Below are positions 28,468 to 38,748 of a stretch of 64,000 nt of DNA, piece by piece (position 1 is the first letter of the stretch; each line of letters opens with the position of its first letter). This stretch comes from Candidatus Falkowbacteria bacterium. Its GTDB lineage: Bacteria > Patescibacteriota > Patescibacteriia > UBA11705 > JABHMO01. A program made the position numbers and the translations under genes. Location of the stretch: the NCBI GenBank assembly GCA_018674305.1, contig JABHAL010000001.1:4635-68634 (forward strand), in the 5' to 3' direction. Below the pieces are notes generated by a model. It worked only from the letters and a program-made list of their open reading frames with translations. It ran no database searches and had not been told where the DNA came from.

Positions 28468-29205
28468 TTAAGATTTATCCATCAACCAAATCAAACCTAG
28501 CATTCCCCCATCACAACTTTGTTTTTCTCTTCGAAATGAGTGAAAATTTAATTCACAACAAGTACACCTCTCAGAAATTTTAATATTTATTAAATCAACG
28601 TTTCTAATAATCAACTGTCTTTTTACAATATCAGCCAAATTTATATAATGTTTACCTTGTTCAATTTTAATAGAATCCGGATAATCCTGAAATTGTTCAA
28701 CCACATCTGACTGGACCTCAAAACAACATTGCTGAATATGCGGTCCTATAGCCACTTCTATATTACCAACTTCAGCGCCTTGGTCAAGCATTTTGTCAAA
28801 TAAAGCTACAACCGCATTATTTTTCACCCCACGCCAACCAGCATGAACAATTCCAATTACTTGAGCTTTTGGATCAAATGCATAAATCAAAAGGCAATCT
28901 GAAGCTTCCGCTCCTAAAACAATTCCCGGAGCCTTGGTTACCAAGCCCTCAACCCCTTCTAACCAATCATTTTTCAAAGCGCCTCGCCCCTGCAAGTCAT
29001 TTGTTATTACCTTGATAATTTTACCATGAACTTGCTCAGGCATCACCAGTTTATTCAAATTTAAATTTAAACTAGCAAAAAGCTTCTGTCTATGTTCCAA
29101 AACTTTTTCACCTGGCCACTTGAACGACAAATTACCCCAACTTTTGTCAGCAAAACAAGCCTGAACATTCTTGCTTTCTGGAAAATATTTTATAACCTTA
29201 GGCAT
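28468..29205 (-). CDS. peptidoglycan editing factor PgeF / YfiH (DUF152) family
   Basis: EQVHG, GIVHAGWRG and C..E.. motifs typical of YfiH. Confidence 0.7.
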   Translation of the reverse strand: MPKVIKYFPESKNVQACFADKSWGNLSFKWPGEKVLEHRQKLFASLNLNLNKLVMPEQVHGKIIKVITNDLQGRGALKNDWLEGVEGLVTKAPGIVLGAEASDCLLIYAFDPKAQVIGIVHAGWRGVKNNAVVALFDKMLDQGAEVGNIEVAIGPHIQQCCFEVQSDVVEQFQDYPDSIKIEQGKHYINLADIVKRQLIIRNVDLINIKISERCTCCELNFHSFRREKQSCDGGMLGLIWLMDKS

Positions 29206-30643
29206 GTTTTTTCTTGATTAATACTTCAATGAAATATTTTATATCTTTTTGAGTTAAACCTCTAGTGATGAACATAGTAGTGATATATACTACCCCACCG
29301 ACTAAAATCAGAATAGTGAAATGTAATTGGGCCATTAAATAATAAATAACCGCGGCCATAACCAAAACACTAATAAATGATTGGAAAATAGTTTTTAAAA
29401 GTAAAAACTTACTGTATGGGATAATCTTTCTAGCTACTACCATGCTTATGAAAAATAAAAAAGTATGACTGATTAAAAAAGCAATTGCTGCGCCAGTAAA
29501 ACTATATCGTGGAATTATAAAAATATTAATTATTACATTAAAAACCATGGTAATACCAACCAACACTGTATTCGCAACTTGCCGATCACAACCATTTAAC
29601 AAAGAACCCAAGGGGAAATTTAGAAACACAAAAATTAATCCCAGCATCAAAATCTGCAAAGGCAAAACCGAAGGCAAGTATTCATTGCCATAGAAAAACA
29701 AAATTATTGGTCGAGCCAAAAGTGCAACTCCAATTGAAATTGGCACAACGATTATAACTAAAAATTTCATCACTCGATCAAAGGTGAATTTGAGTTGTTT
29801 TTTATCATGTAAATAATAACGAGAAAAAGCTGGAAAAATAGCTGCCGCCAAAGCTGCAGGGATGAATTGCAAAGCAAAAGGGATCTTCATCGCCACACTA
29901 TACCAACCAACCGCCTTATCACCAATCAACTTGGACAACATTATTGAATCAATATAACCATAAACCCGACTAAAAATTGCAATTAATGCAAATGGAATAC
30001 CTATCTTAAAAAGAAACTTCAAAACTTCCTTGCTAAGCATTACAGAAAAATCTATTTTCAAAGCTTTTCTCACACTAATTCCAGCAAACAACAAACTAAA
30101 TAAACTGCCACAAATAAATGGCAGCATCAAATAAATTAATGGGAGCTTTAAATATATAACAACCACACCAACGGCCACAATAATTACCTGATTAATAGCA
30201 ATGCTAATAGCTTCGTATTTTAGGTTTTGAAAACCACGAAACACACCCCAAAAGCTCGCAGTAAATTGGTCAAAGATCATAGCAATACCAGCCACATAAA
30301 CTAGATTTTTGGTAACTTCTGGATAACCCATCAAATTTACCAACACAACAACCAAGGCATAAACTAAACCAGAAAATATCAATTTCATTCCCAGAACTGA
30401 TGAAATAAACTCTTTGGCTTTTTCTTTTCTTTTGGCTGCCTCCCGAATTAGTGACTGAGTTAAGCCAATATCCACGAATACAGCAAATAGCGTCACATAA
30501 GACAAAGCAAATGTATATTTACCTAGATCTTCAACTCCAATGAATCTAGCGATTAAAACAAAATAAAAAAATGACAATATTTTTTGCCAAATATAGGATC
30601 CGGTTAAGTAAGTAGTGTTTTTGGTTACTGTTTCACCTTGCAT
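29198..30643 (-). CDS. polysaccharide/oligosaccharide flippase (Wzx/MOP superfamily)
   Basis: 14-TM MOP-type topology, 481 aa, adjacent to GT4 and PgeF. Confidence 0.7.
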   Translation of the reverse strand: MQGETVTKNTTYLTGSYIWQKILSFFYFVLIARFIGVEDLGKYTFALSYVTLFAVFVDIGLTQSLIREAAKRKEKAKEFISSVLGMKLIFSGLVYALVVVLVNLMGYPEVTKNLVYVAGIAMIFDQFTASFWGVFRGFQNLKYEAISIAINQVIIVAVGVVVIYLKLPLIYLMLPFICGSLFSLLFAGISVRKALKIDFSVMLSKEVLKFLFKIGIPFALIAIFSRVYGYIDSIMLSKLIGDKAVGWYSVAMKIPFALQFIPAALAAAIFPAFSRYYLHDKKQLKFTFDRVMKFLVIIVVPISIGVALLARPIILFFYGNEYLPSVLPLQILMLGLIFVFLNFPLGSLLNGCDRQVANTVLVGITMVFNVIINIFIIPRYSFTGAAIAFLISHTFLFFISMVVARKIIPYSKFLLLKTIFQSFISVLVMAAVIYYLMAQLHFTILILVGGVVYITTMFITRGLTQKDIKYFIEVLIKKKHA

Positions 30644-30778
30644 AAAAGTAGTTAAATTGTAACAAAACCAAGAGAAAAAATCAATTATAACCGTTAACCT
30701 CCGACAAGCAGAACAAAACGTTAGCGGTTTAATTTTAACTACAAAAAGACCAAACTAAATTAGTTCGGTCTTTATTTT

Positions 30779-30952
30779 TCATCTTTCTTCTTCTGGTCGA
30801 TACGGTGGATCTTTATGCACTGGCGGTAACTTACTCCGCTCTTCACGTGCCTTTTTTGCAAAGGCTTCAGCATAATCAATGTTTTTGATTGCTTCGTCAA
30901 CCTGTTTTCTAAGCTCATCACCACGTGGTGGCATACCTTGTCGCTTTCCCAT
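30779..30952 (-). CDS. possible small protein (57 aa, MGKRQGMPPRGDELRKQVDEAIKNIDYAEAFAKKAREERSKLPPVHKDPPYRPEEER)
   Basis: ATG 6 nt after GGGAGGG; not in the ORF track (<60 aa); lies between a terminator and the flippase gene. Confidence 0.25.
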   Translation of the reverse strand: MGKRQGMPPRGDELRKQVDEAIKNIDYAEAFAKKAREERSKLPPVHKDPPYRPEEER

Positions 30953-31019
30953 TGAACCCTCCCGGGGTTAAAGAATCGATTTTTATAAGTTTAACACATC
31001 AACTAAAAACCAGCAAGAC

Positions 31020-31056
31020 AACAAAAAACCGCTCAAACAAGAGCGGTTCTTTTTAT
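31020..31056. terminator. bidirectional terminator (aaccgctc/gagcggtt stem)
   Basis: perfect 8-bp stem flanked by A6 and T5. Confidence 0.6.
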
Positions 31057-31091
31057 ATATTGTTACGTGATATGTGTTATATGCTACGTGA

Positions 31092-31691
31092 TTAACGCTT
31101 CTTCCATTGTGGTGCTTTTCGAGCTCGTTTCAATCCTGGTTTCTTTCTTTCCTTCTTTCTTGGATCTCGAGTTAAATAACCTGCTTTTTTTAATGGCTTT
31201 CTAAAATTAGCATTTAATAATAATAGTGCTCTGGCAATACCATGACGAACAGCTTCAGCTTGAGCAGTAGAACCACCGCCTTTGACTTTGGCTGAAACAT
31301 CTAATTTATCCTGTTGGCCAACAATCTTTAATGGAGATACAACCTTTTCTGCCAAACTTGGAGTTGCACAATATTCTTTAACTGTTTTTTCATTGATTAT
31401 AATCTTTCCATCTCCCTTTTTGAAAACTCTAACCTGAGCAATAGCAGTTTTACGTTTACCCACACCATACAGATATTCTGCCTTTTTCTTGCCTGCAACC
31501 ATTTCACTATCTTCGACGTCTTTCACAATCGGTGTGGATTCAACAGTATCAACCTTTTTATCTGAAACTGGCTTTTTGACAGCTGTTTTTTCTACCTTAA
31601 CCTTCTTAACAGTGTCTTTGTCAACTTTAGGCTTTGTTACTTTTGCAACAGTCTTTTTTGTAGCAGTTGTTGTTTTCTTTTTTTCTACCAT
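31092..31691 (-). CDS. rpsI: 30S ribosomal protein S9 with ~70-aa Lys/Thr/Val-rich N-terminal extension
   Basis: C-terminal GGG.TAQAEA.RHGIARAL...PRKKERKK.G...ARKA.Q..KR is canonical S9. Confidence 0.9.
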   Translation of the reverse strand: MVEKKKTTTATKKTVAKVTKPKVDKDTVKKVKVEKTAVKKPVSDKKVDTVESTPIVKDVEDSEMVAGKKKAEYLYGVGKRKTAIAQVRVFKKGDGKIIINEKTVKEYCATPSLAEKVVSPLKIVGQQDKLDVSAKVKGGGSTAQAEAVRHGIARALLLLNANFRKPLKKAGYLTRDPRKKERKKPGLKRARKAPQWKKR

Positions 31692-31714
31692 ATTGGATGA
31701 AACACTGAATTAAC

Positions 31715-32068
31715 TTATTTTTTTATAAATCTTAACCGTTTAATCATTTCTTTACGTAATTTATTACTTGGCAACATATGAACAACTGCATTACGTAAAA
31801 CAAAATGCGGCTCTTCTGCCATTTTCTTTTTTAAACCAGTTTCTTTCAAACCACCAGGATAACCTGAGTGACGGTAATACTTTTTTTGCTCCATTTTGTT
31901 GCCAGTGAATTTAAGTTTATCAACATTACTGACTTCAACTATATCACCACCGTCCACATTAGGCTGAAAAGTAACTTTGTGTTTTCCACGGATCAAAATA
32001 GCAATTTCGGTAGCTAATCGTCCCAAAACTCTATCTGTAGCATCAATTTTATGTAATTTTCTTTCCAT
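31715..32068 (-). CDS. rplM: 50S ribosomal protein L13
   Basis: IDATDRVLGRLATEIAILIRGKHK...YYRHSGYPGG. Confidence 0.9.
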   Translation of the reverse strand: MERKLHKIDATDRVLGRLATEIAILIRGKHKVTFQPNVDGGDIVEVSNVDKLKFTGNKMEQKKYYRHSGYPGGLKETGLKKKMAEEPHFVLRNAVVHMLPSNKLRKEMIKRLRFIKK

Positions 32069-32069
32069 A

Positions 32070-32420
32070 TTATACTAATTCTATTAAGGCCATTGGTGCA
32101 TTGTCACCTTTTCTTTCATTTAACTTTATAATTCTAGTGTATCCACCTTTTCGATCTTTATATTTAGGGCCAATTTTATCTATTAATTTTTTAACTGCCT
32201 TTTCGTCATAAAAATACTCTAACAATTGCCGTCTTGTAGCAAGATCACTTTTTTTACTAAGAGTAATGTATTTTTCAACAACTGGTCGCAACGCTTTAGC
32301 TCTTGTAGCAGTTGTTTTAATTTTTTCCTTCATCACAAAACTCGTTGCTAATCCTCGAAGCAATGCTTTTCGTGGGCCAACTTTCAGCCCTAATTTTGCA
32401 ATTGTTTTCTTATGTCGCAT
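32070..32420 (-). CDS. rplQ: 50S ribosomal protein L17
   Basis: MRHKKTIAKLG...LLRGLATSF...GGYTRIIKL. Confidence 0.9.
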   Translation of the reverse strand: MRHKKTIAKLGLKVGPRKALLRGLATSFVMKEKIKTTATRAKALRPVVEKYITLSKKSDLATRRQLLEYFYDEKAVKKLIDKIGPKYKDRKGGYTRIIKLNERKGDNAPMALIELV

Positions 32421-32439
32421 AAAATATATCTAATTTACG

Positions 32440-33129
32440 TTATTCCTTGTTTGAAAATAAAGAAAAGTGATCAATTAAAATTTTTGATGCTTGTTCGACT
32501 GCTTCCTGTGGAGTAAATGTACCATCAGTTTCAATCTCCATAACAAGCTTATCATAGTTAGTAATATCTCCCACACGAGTAGGAACAACTTTGTAACCAA
32601 CTTTTCTAACAGGTGTAAATACTGAATCAAGTAAAATTGTACCAATTTCAATATCTTCCTTTGTTCTTTCTTCTGTTGGCCAATAACCACGACCTTGCTG
32701 AACAGTAATTTCCATATTCAACTCTGCCTTTTTGTCAGTTAATTCTGTAATAACCAATGATGGATTAACAATTTCAACATCACTATTTTTTTCAAAATCT
32801 TCAGCTGTAACTGGCTTTGCGCCCTTAGTATTCAGCTTGAGTTTTACTGGTTCTTCACTATGAACCTTTAGTCTCAACTCTTTTAATTTTAAACAAATTT
32901 TCAAAATATCATCTTTTACATTTTCTAGTGCAGAAAATTCTTGATCAACACCATCAATTTTTACAGCTGTAACAGCTGCGCCTGGCAAAGATGATAGTAA
33001 AACTCTACGTAGAGCATTTCCCAAGGTTGTACCATAACCAAAATAACATGGTTCAATGGTCAATACTGCCTTGTTGGGCTCTTTGGTTTCCTCATAAGAA
33101 ATGTTTGAGGGCAAAAGTAGATTTTCCAT
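32440..33129 (-). CDS. rpoA: DNA-directed RNA polymerase alpha subunit, N-terminal domain only (no alphaCTD)
   Basis: LGNALRRVLLSSLPGAAVTAVKIDGV...; ORF ends at 229 aa and rplQ follows immediately. Confidence 0.85.
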   Translation of the reverse strand: MENLLLPSNISYEETKEPNKAVLTIEPCYFGYGTTLGNALRRVLLSSLPGAAVTAVKIDGVDQEFSALENVKDDILKICLKLKELRLKVHSEEPVKLKLNTKGAKPVTAEDFEKNSDVEIVNPSLVITELTDKKAELNMEITVQQGRGYWPTEERTKEDIEIGTILLDSVFTPVRKVGYKVVPTRVGDITNYDKLVMEIETDGTFTPQEAVEQASKILIDHFSLFSNKE

Positions 33130-33258
33130 ATTTTTTTGTTCTTGATCTTGAATTAATACTTAATTATTAGTTCAACACCAATCCCCTGTTGGGGTTTATA
33201 CTGTCTTCGGACTTTTTTTGTCCAGCAACAGTGATTTATTATTTTAATATCCTTAAAC

Positions 33259-33894
33259 TTATTTTGAATAAAACTCAATTATCAATTTTAGATCAAATCC
33301 AGGAGTACTCTTTTCAAGATTCGGTTCATCAATCATGGTTATTTGCATTTCTTTTGCATCAATACTTAACCATTCAGGTGCTTCAAAGTTTTTTAATTTC
33401 TCAGGTAGTGCGATAAACTCTTGCATTTTTTGACTCTTTGGTTTAACGGTAATTTTATCTTTAACTTTTACTTGAAATGATGGAATATTAACCTTTTTTC
33501 CATTTACCAAGAAATGATAATGACTGATCAATTGTCTTGCCGCATCACGACTATTACCAAAGCCAGCTTTGTAAATAACATTATCTAACCTGGTTTCTAG
33601 CAAATTGAATAAATTATCACCCGTTTCACCAGTTTTATGAATTGCTTTATCAAAATAATTTCTGAATTGTTTTTCTAAAATTCTATACATTCTCTTGGCT
33701 TTTTGTTTTTCTCTCAATTGAATTCCATAACCAGTTAAACGGCCACCACGACCAAGTTTAATACCATGTATTCCTGGAATATAGTTTCTTTTTACCATTG
33801 CACACTTTGAGCTATTACAACGCTCACCTTTAATAAAAAGTTTAACGCCTTCTCTTCTACATTGTTTACATTTTGCATTCAGATCCCTTGCCAT
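33259..33894 (-). CDS. rpsD: 30S ribosomal protein S4
   Basis: MARDLNAKCKQCRREGVKLFIKGERC zinc-ribbon-like N-terminus plus S4 domain. Confidence 0.9.
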   Translation of the reverse strand: MARDLNAKCKQCRREGVKLFIKGERCNSSKCAMVKRNYIPGIHGIKLGRGGRLTGYGIQLREKQKAKRMYRILEKQFRNYFDKAIHKTGETGDNLFNLLETRLDNVIYKAGFGNSRDAARQLISHYHFLVNGKKVNIPSFQVKVKDKITVKPKSQKMQEFIALPEKLKNFEAPEWLSIDAKEMQITMIDEPNLEKSTPGFDLKLIIEFYSK

Positions 33895-33905
33895 ATATAT
33901 ATTTT

Positions 33906-34445
33906 TTAAACTCTTCTTGGTTTACGTTTGCGACAACCATTATGAGGAATCGGAGTCACATCCTTAATTGCTAAAATATTTAAACCGTTAGCATTTAGCC
34001 CACGAACTGCTGATTCCCGGCCCATGCCAACACCCTTAACAAACACATTAACATCCTTTAATCCATAAGGTCGTGCTTTTTCTACTGCGTTACGAACAAT
34101 AATTGTAGCTGCAAATGGAGTGGCCTTTTTAGGTCCCTTGAAACCATTAGCGCCCGCGCTAGAAAAAGATATTACATTACCAGCCTGATCAGTCAAGGTT
34201 ACAATTGTATTATTATATGTAGCTTTAACGTAAGCATTACCTATTGGAACACTACGATATACTTTCTTCTTGCTTCTTTTGCCTTTTACCTTTTTTCCAC
34301 CTTTCTTTTTTTGTTCTCCTGCTTCTAAAGGCATATCAGGCAATCCATCGACTGGCGCTTGTTCAACCTGAACATCGCCCTCAGTTAGATTAACCGGTTC
34401 TTCAACTTTCTTATCTTCAATTGGTTGTTTGTTTTCTTCTGCCAT
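33906..34445 (-). CDS. rpsK: 30S ribosomal protein S11 with ~55-aa acidic/basic N-terminal extension
   Basis: [30 protein letters not shown]...[13 protein letters not shown]. Confidence 0.9.
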   Translation of the reverse strand: MAEENKQPIEDKKVEEPVNLTEGDVQVEQAPVDGLPDMPLEAGEQKKKGGKKVKGKRSKKKVYRSVPIGNAYVKATYNNTIVTLTDQAGNVISFSSAGANGFKGPKKATPFAATIIVRNAVEKARPYGLKDVNVFVKGVGMGRESAVRGLNANGLNILAIKDVTPIPHNGCRKRKPRRV

Positions 34446-34472
34446 ATGTAAATATAATGCTAATACGTAATT

Positions 34473-34859
34473 TTAGGTTTTTTGTGCTGCCCCTTTACGA
34501 CCACTTCCCATGGTTCTCCGAGTATTACCACGCACAGTTCGACTATTAGTTTTTGATCGTTGGCCTCGAGCAGGTAATCCTTTGGAGTGACGAGTCCCTC
34601 TATAACTTTTAATTTCTTTTAGTCTTTTAATATTTGCTAACATTTCCCGTCTAAGAGTTCCTTCTACATTGTCCTTTTCAATTTCTTTACGTAAAGTATT
34701 TACTTGTTCTTCCGTTAGCTCCTTTACTCTAATTGATTTATCAATATCCAGCTGCTTTAATAGCTTTTCTGACTTGGTTATACCAATACCATAAATATAA
34801 GTTAGTGCAATTACTACTCTTTTATCTTTTGGAATGTTTACACCTGCAATTCGTGCCAT
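34473..34859 (-). CDS. rpsM: 30S ribosomal protein S13
   Basis: [26 protein letters not shown]. Confidence 0.9.
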   Translation of the reverse strand: MARIAGVNIPKDKRVVIALTYIYGIGITKSEKLLKQLDIDKSIRVKELTEEQVNTLRKEIEKDNVEGTLRREMLANIKRLKEIKSYRGTRHSKGLPARGQRSKTNSRTVRGNTRRTMGSGRKGAAQKT

Positions 34860-34861
34860 AG

Positions 34862-34948
34862 TTTATCATGAATCATGAATCCTGTATCATGTATCACCAC
34901 GAAAGATAGTGAGTGCTACATGTTACATGTTACATGCTATATGTTTAT
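34862..34948. repeat. degenerate tandem heptamer/octamer repeats (ATCATGA / YTACATG) filling the rpmJ-rpsM spacer
   Basis: atcatgaatcatgaatcctgtatcatgtatc...gctacatgttacatgttacatgctatatg. Confidence 0.65.
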
Positions 34949-35062
34949 TTAACCTTGTCTTTGTTTATGTTTAGGATTTTTGCAGACAACCCAAACTCTT
35001 CGTTTACGACGAATGGTTTTACAATCTTTACAGATTTTTTTGACTGATGTTCTTACTTTCAT
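34949..35062 (-). CDS. rpmJ: 50S ribosomal protein L36
   Basis: translates to [37 protein letters not shown]; not in the ORF track (<60 aa). Confidence 0.8.
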   Translation of the reverse strand: MKVRTSVKKICKDCKTIRRKRRVWVVCKNPKHKQRQG

Positions 35063-35123
35063 AAGTAGTTAAACACTAGCCACTCCACTACGGAAGCGGT
35101 TATCAACAAAATTAGAAAATTAA

Positions 35124-35339
35124 TTAATATCTATAGACTATTCTTCCCTTGGTCAAGTCATACGGAGTCATCTCTATCTTTACTTTATCTCCAACTAGAA
35201 TTCTAATCCGATTCATACGCATTCTTCCTGCCAAATGCGCTCTAATAGAATGACCATTCTCAAGGGTAACCTGAAAAGATCCTGCCGGGAACAGTTCTTC
35301 AACCATGCCCGTCATTTCAATCACATCTTTTTTTCCCAT
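35124..35339 (-). CDS. infA: translation initiation factor IF-1
   Basis: [41 protein letters not shown]... Confidence 0.9.
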   Translation of the reverse strand: MGKKDVIEMTGMVEELFPAGSFQVTLENGHSIRAHLAGRMRMNRIRILVGDKVKIEMTPYDLTKGRIVYRY

Positions 35340-35354
35340 GCAAAAGTTAACTTA

Positions 35355-35382
35355 ATTATAATGATTTTAAAAAATATGTCAA
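35355..35382 (-). promoter_or_regulatory. sigma70 promoter (TTGACA, 16 nt, TATAAT) ending 14 nt before the infA ATG, giving a near-leaderless mRNA
   Basis: consensus hexamers on the gene strand; a second TTGACA/TAGTAT pair lies ~130 nt further upstream. Confidence 0.55.
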
Positions 35383-35558
35383 TATGGATGCTTTTAATAT
35401 GCGATTCCTGACATACTTTTGGTAAAATTAAATAAAATTAAAACTTATATAATTTTTTAATAAATTTCAAATGGCTAAATTTAGTCATATCAATTACTTA
35501 TATATACTAATGTATAATTAATATTTTGTCAAATGGTTTATTAACATATCACAAACAA

Positions 35559-37391
35559 TTACTTCTTTCGCTTAAACAACTTTTCAAGTTCACCAAATCT
35601 ATATTCCAAAAAGCAAGGTCTACCATGGACACAGGTATATTGATTTTCAAGACACTCAAGATCATTAATTAGGGCTGTCATTCCCAACTCGTTAAGCTGA
35701 TCACCAAACTTGATTGCGCTTTTGCAAGCCATCATTTTTAAAATAGTGTCAACGGGTTTACTAATTTTATCCTCAACTACAACTGGTTCAATTAACTCCC
35801 CAACAATTTGAAAAACTAATTCTTTTAGATCTACCCTAGCCAAAACCTGAGGCACCGCTGAAATCGCAAAAGTATTGTTGCCAAAATTTTCAACCTCAAA
35901 ACCCAGCTTATTCAAAAGTGAAAAATTACTATCCAATAGTTGCGCTTCCGCAGGAACTAATTCAATGTTTTGTGGCAATAACATTTTCTGACTAGCTAAT
36001 TTACCAATTTGCCACTCACGCTTAAGTTTTTCATATTGCACACGCTCTGAAGTTGCATGTTGATCATAGATTTTCAGACTCTCCGCACATTCAACAATAA
36101 TATATGAATTTTGCACTTGACCTAATATTTTAAAATCTTTATCCGGTTCACGAGATATTCCTTCTTCGCTATTGCTAAGAAGTACAGGCTCTGACTCGCC
36201 TCCTTCACGTAATCCTTCTACATCTGCGGTCTGTTGCATTATCTTATTAAAATCGGCTGAAGCCTTTTTAAATTCAGGACTTGGTTGAATAAAATCTTTT
36301 TTAATTCGAATATTACTTACCGGAAACCTTGATTGTACTGAACTTAATACTTGTTTAACTGGTATGAATTTTTTCATATCCTCAACTGGCACCTGCCGGC
36401 CAAGATCATTGTCGTCTAATGCCTTTGCAACCACTTGATAAACTGTTTTATAGATAATATGCGGCTCTGAAAATCGCACCTCAAGTTTACGAGGATGGAC
36501 GTTAACATCAATTTTCTCATTTTCAATTTTTAAGTTTAAAATATAGACGGGGTGCAACTCCTTGGACAAAAGGGTTGTATATGCCTGTTTAATTTGTTTA
36601 GCCACGATATATTCATTTACCGGTCGTTGGTTAACAAACAAATATTGTAACTTTCTATTATTACGAGCGATCTGTGGTTTACCAATAAACCCTTTAACAG
36701 AAACATTATTTAATTTTAAATCAACCTCTATTAAGTTCCCTGCAACCTCGTCGCCCAAGCAATCAGCAATGCGCTGAAACTGTCTTGCTGACGGGAATTG
36801 ATAAACTACTTTGTTATTATGAATAAGTTTCCAGGTAACCTCAGGGTAAGCCAAACAATAATTCAAAAACAAATCAACCACATGATTAAATTCAGTAACC
36901 GCAGTTTTTAAATACTTTTGCCGGGCAGGTACATTATAAAAAATATTTCTTATTTCCACACTGGTACCGTCTGCTGCTCCCGATTGTTCAGTTTTGACCT
37001 GTCCATTTTCAACTGTAACCTTCGTGCCCGCGACAGAATCACTGGTTTTACTAATTAAACAAAATTCACTGACCGAAGAAATACTTGCCAATGCTTCGCC
37101 ACGAAAACCTAAGCTACCAATATTGAATAAATCTTCCTGGCTGCCAATTTTACTAGTGGCATGCTGAACAATACTAAGCTCGGCATCCTCTTTATTCATG
37201 CCTGAACCATCGTCTGTGATTTTAATTAAGTTGATTCCTCCATTTTCTATTTCAACCTGAACATTAGTCGCTCCAGCATCAAGCGAATTTTCCACTAACT
37301 CCTTCACAACAGAAGCTGGTCGTTCAACTACTTCTCCAGCTGCGATTTTGTTGATTAGATCTTGAGGTAAAACTTTTATATTCATAAACAA
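35559..37391 (-). CDS. mutL: DNA mismatch repair protein MutL (endonuclease-type C-terminus)
   Basis: GHKL ATPase N-terminus (ELVENSLDAGAT, DDGSGM); C-terminal DQHA..E..YE and CVHGRP motifs. Confidence 0.9.
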   Translation of the reverse strand: MFMNIKVLPQDLINKIAAGEVVERPASVVKELVENSLDAGATNVQVEIENGGINLIKITDDGSGMNKEDAELSIVQHATSKIGSQEDLFNIGSLGFRGEALASISSVSEFCLISKTSDSVAGTKVTVENGQVKTEQSGAADGTSVEIRNIFYNVPARQKYLKTAVTEFNHVVDLFLNYCLAYPEVTWKLIHNNKVVYQFPSARQFQRIADCLGDEVAGNLIEVDLKLNNVSVKGFIGKPQIARNNRKLQYLFVNQRPVNEYIVAKQIKQAYTTLLSKELHPVYILNLKIENEKIDVNVHPRKLEVRFSEPHIIYKTVYQVVAKALDDNDLGRQVPVEDMKKFIPVKQVLSSVQSRFPVSNIRIKKDFIQPSPEFKKASADFNKIMQQTADVEGLREGGESEPVLLSNSEEGISREPDKDFKILGQVQNSYIIVECAESLKIYDQHATSERVQYEKLKREWQIGKLASQKMLLPQNIELVPAEAQLLDSNFSLLNKLGFEVENFGNNTFAISAVPQVLARVDLKELVFQIVGELIEPVVVEDKISKPVDTILKMMACKSAIKFGDQLNELGMTALINDLECLENQYTCVHGRPCFLEYRFGELEKLFKRKK

Positions 37392-37457
37392 ACCTTAACA
37401 TATTTTATTTAAAAAACAAAAGGGTATATTCACGTTGTGAATATACCCTTGTTAAAA

Positions 37458-37901
37458 CTACTGCAACCAACGGTAACCGTTAAATTCGTCACCATCTTCT
37501 TCGTCCTCGGCGACATCACCAAAATATGACATTCGCCGACGTACATCTTGCTTGATTCTTTCTTCCGGAATCCGAGCAAGCACTGCCTCATGAGCTCGCT
37601 CCGACAGGCGCTTCTTGTCATCTTCTGACAAAATCACTTCCGTCTCGACGACCAGGGATTCCATGAATGCCAATCGCAAGGCTTCCGCGACACGTCTGTC
37701 GACATGGTCAAATCTCGACAACCGATCTTCAATCGCCTGAATCGCGAACCTGACCAAGTCCGGTCGCTTGTCCATGAGAGTGTCTCGTACATCCCTCAAT
37801 TGCTGTACAGAACCGATTTTAAACAAATGTTCATACATAGAAGTACAACCACTTCTTCGCCGACTCTCGCAATTCTCACACTTCTTTCGCATTTCGATCA
37901 T
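37458..37901 (-). CDS. hypothetical Cys-motif protein (paralog of 38027..38638)
   Basis: C-x2-C-x7-C N-terminus then RPDL..FAIQAIEDRL; SD GGAGG; ~48% GC. Confidence 0.4.
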   Translation of the reverse strand: MIEMRKKCENCESRRRSGCTSMYEHLFKIGSVQQLRDVRDTLMDKRPDLVRFAIQAIEDRLSRFDHVDRRVAEALRLAFMESLVVETEVILSEDDKKRLSERAHEAVLARIPEERIKQDVRRRMSYFGDVAEDEEDGDEFNGYRWLQ

Positions 37902-38026
37902 CCCTTTCCTCCATCATTATAATAATTTATCAATATAGCACTATAGCACATATCCAGACTATTGTCAACATCAAGTAAAGTTAAACAAAAAAAGCACCGT
38001 ATATTTACGATGCTTAGGTAATTTAA

Positions 38027-38638
38027 CTAATGAACAAACGGTGAACCACCTCCCGAAGAACCAGGACAAGCCCCACCATCAAACATGATCTCAGCGTCAC
38101 AACCTTCTCGTTTTAGGATTCTGAGTAGTTCTTCATTAACTTTTTGACCAAGCCTTCTGATAAAATCAAAAACGGCGGCGTTATACAGAACTTCAATATG
38201 CTCAGCTCTATCAGTCAAACACTTGGCAACTTCCATTCCAAGCTCAGGTCTGTCAAACTCACACAGCAACTCAATAAATGAATGCATATGCTCATAGTCT
38301 TTTTTCATCTCCACGTAGAGCTGTTCTGCATCTGCGCCAGACAAAAAAATCTTTTTCAGACGTGCCTTAACAGCAGAGCACGTTTTCGGGGTTTCAATGA
38401 ACGTTTTCATTTGATACCGTAAACTGTCAAAGGCTGACGCATTACTCCTATCTGCCAAAGCTCTATCTTCAAGCGCCAGAATCGCCACCTTTTGCAAATC
38501 CGTACGCATGAGTAAAATAACCAACAAGGAACTTAGCATATCGTCAGGTTCAGCCATATTTACCACAGCCTGCAGTCTTGCCGTACAGTTTGCTCTGTCA
38601 TTGCAATCTTTGCAAGATTCACTCATTTCTTCCCCCAT
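38027..38638 (-). CDS. hypothetical Cys-motif protein (paralog of 37458..37901)
   Basis: C-x2-C-x6-C then RTDL..VAILALEDRAL; C-terminal CDAE...GGACPG. Confidence 0.4.
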   Translation of the reverse strand: MGEEMSESCKDCNDRANCTARLQAVVNMAEPDDMLSSLLVILLMRTDLQKVAILALEDRALADRSNASAFDSLRYQMKTFIETPKTCSAVKARLKKIFLSGADAEQLYVEMKKDYEHMHSFIELLCEFDRPELGMEVAKCLTDRAEHIEVLYNAAVFDFIRRLGQKVNEELLRILKREGCDAEIMFDGGACPGSSGGGSPFVH

Positions 38639-38748
38639 ATTAGAATGAACAAATTACAGTTTATTATATTCATCTTTTCAAAATTTGTCAATATAATTAA
38701 AAAAACGCCCCCGCATTACGAGGGCACTGAATTCAATAAAAACTTCTC

